58,346 bases of DNA, taken from IMG/VR virus record IMGVR_UViG_3300025769_000128, positions 1 to 58,346 of that record; one strand, given 5' to 3'. Source of the DNA: a virus (lineage: Duplodnaviria; Caudoviricetes). Shown piece after piece: positions 57,892-58,346 of the stretch. Positions within the stretch are counted from its first letter, which is position 1, and each line of letters starts with the position of its first letter. Position numbers and translations under genes: made by a program. The notes beneath the pieces were generated by a model that was not told where the DNA came from, searched no databases, and saw only the letters and a list, made by a program, of their open reading frames with translations.

Positions 57892-58346
57892 TTATTTAAA
57901 ATCTTGTACTATTGAAGCGTAAATATTGACTCCATCAGATATAAACGTAATTATATCGATTGAATTTGCATTAGTCGTAATAGTTGGAACAGAACCGCCT
58001 GGCCATAGAACCAGACCGCCACTAACCACATAAGAGGTTATATTAAATGACGGTGGTGCAGCAGCATCTTGCGTTACTTTGATAACAGCTGGTGTTCCAA
58101 CGCCAAGATTAGTTATAGTTAATGAACAATCCTCGTTTAGGGTAAGCTCTGCATACACACCATTTTGTGCGTTAAGTGTTGCAGCGCCAGAAACGCTTGT
58201 GATAGAGTTTAATATTGCTTGAAATTGATCTGCTTGAACCGTGCCAGCGTTTGTAATATTTTTAGCATTAGCGTCCAACGCGCCGCCGAGTTGTGGTGTT
58301 GTGTCTTCTACCACATTTGCTAGATATGTACTTGAATCAACAGAAC
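57892..58346 (-). CDS. Tail-fibre-like protein, 5' end outside the window
   Basis: VEDTTPQLGG.LD.N motif and C-terminal WPGG..PT.T.....DIITF..DG. Confidence 0.7.
   Translation of the reverse strand, partial: SVDSSTYLANVVEDTTPQLGGALDANAKNITNAGTVQADQFQAILNSITSVSGAATLNAQNGVYAELTLNEDCSLTITNLGVGTPAVIKVTQDAAAPPSFNITSYVVSGGLVLWPGGSVPTITTNANSIDIITFISDGVNIYASIVQDFK

Noticed and set aside
1-58346. Stop-codon reassignment
   Set aside because: Genes are full length and tightly packed in the standard code, all breaks are explained by indels, and there is no suppressor tRNA

Overview
AT-rich, near-complete genome of a lytic tailed phage, most likely a podovirus-like phage of Bacteroidota/Flavobacteria. 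Host evidence is TAnnTTTG promoter boxes, no Shine-Dalgarno sites and signal peptides with Gln at +1. The + strand arm (1-17.5 kb) carries small early genes, two tRNAs, an HTH protein, a sigma-70-family factor, Erf/exonuclease/SSB, a primase-helicase and a nucleotide module (thymidylate-synthase-fold enzyme, MazG-like pyrophosphatases, T7-endonuclease-I-like nuclease, class I RNR). The convergent - strand arm (17.6-58.3 kb) carries a 3046-aa internal virion protein, tail and ring proteins, capsid, scaffold, portal, terminase, head spike and fibre genes, a lysis cassette and GroEL/GroES. Main observations: (1) the thymidylate-synthase-fold gene has T4 gp42 dCMP-hydroxymethylase signatures and sits beside dNTP pyrophosphatases, suggesting a cytosine-modified genome; (2) a fixed-spacing motif ACAAA-N2-RAWTACGAT-N7-ATATAATA heads five early gene cassettes, plus a truncated sixth, and does not match the host promoter consensus; (3) a 48-bp inverted-repeat element occurs twice, once over the start of the HTH gene; (4) an ATGCTATACAC motif recurs, mostly at gene boundaries; (5) about ten near-perfect tandem duplications, several frame-breaking (including in the portal), are probably assembly artefacts. 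No DNA polymerase, integrase, CRISPR array or reverse transcriptase is visible. All family calls come from motif recognition by eye, not database searches.
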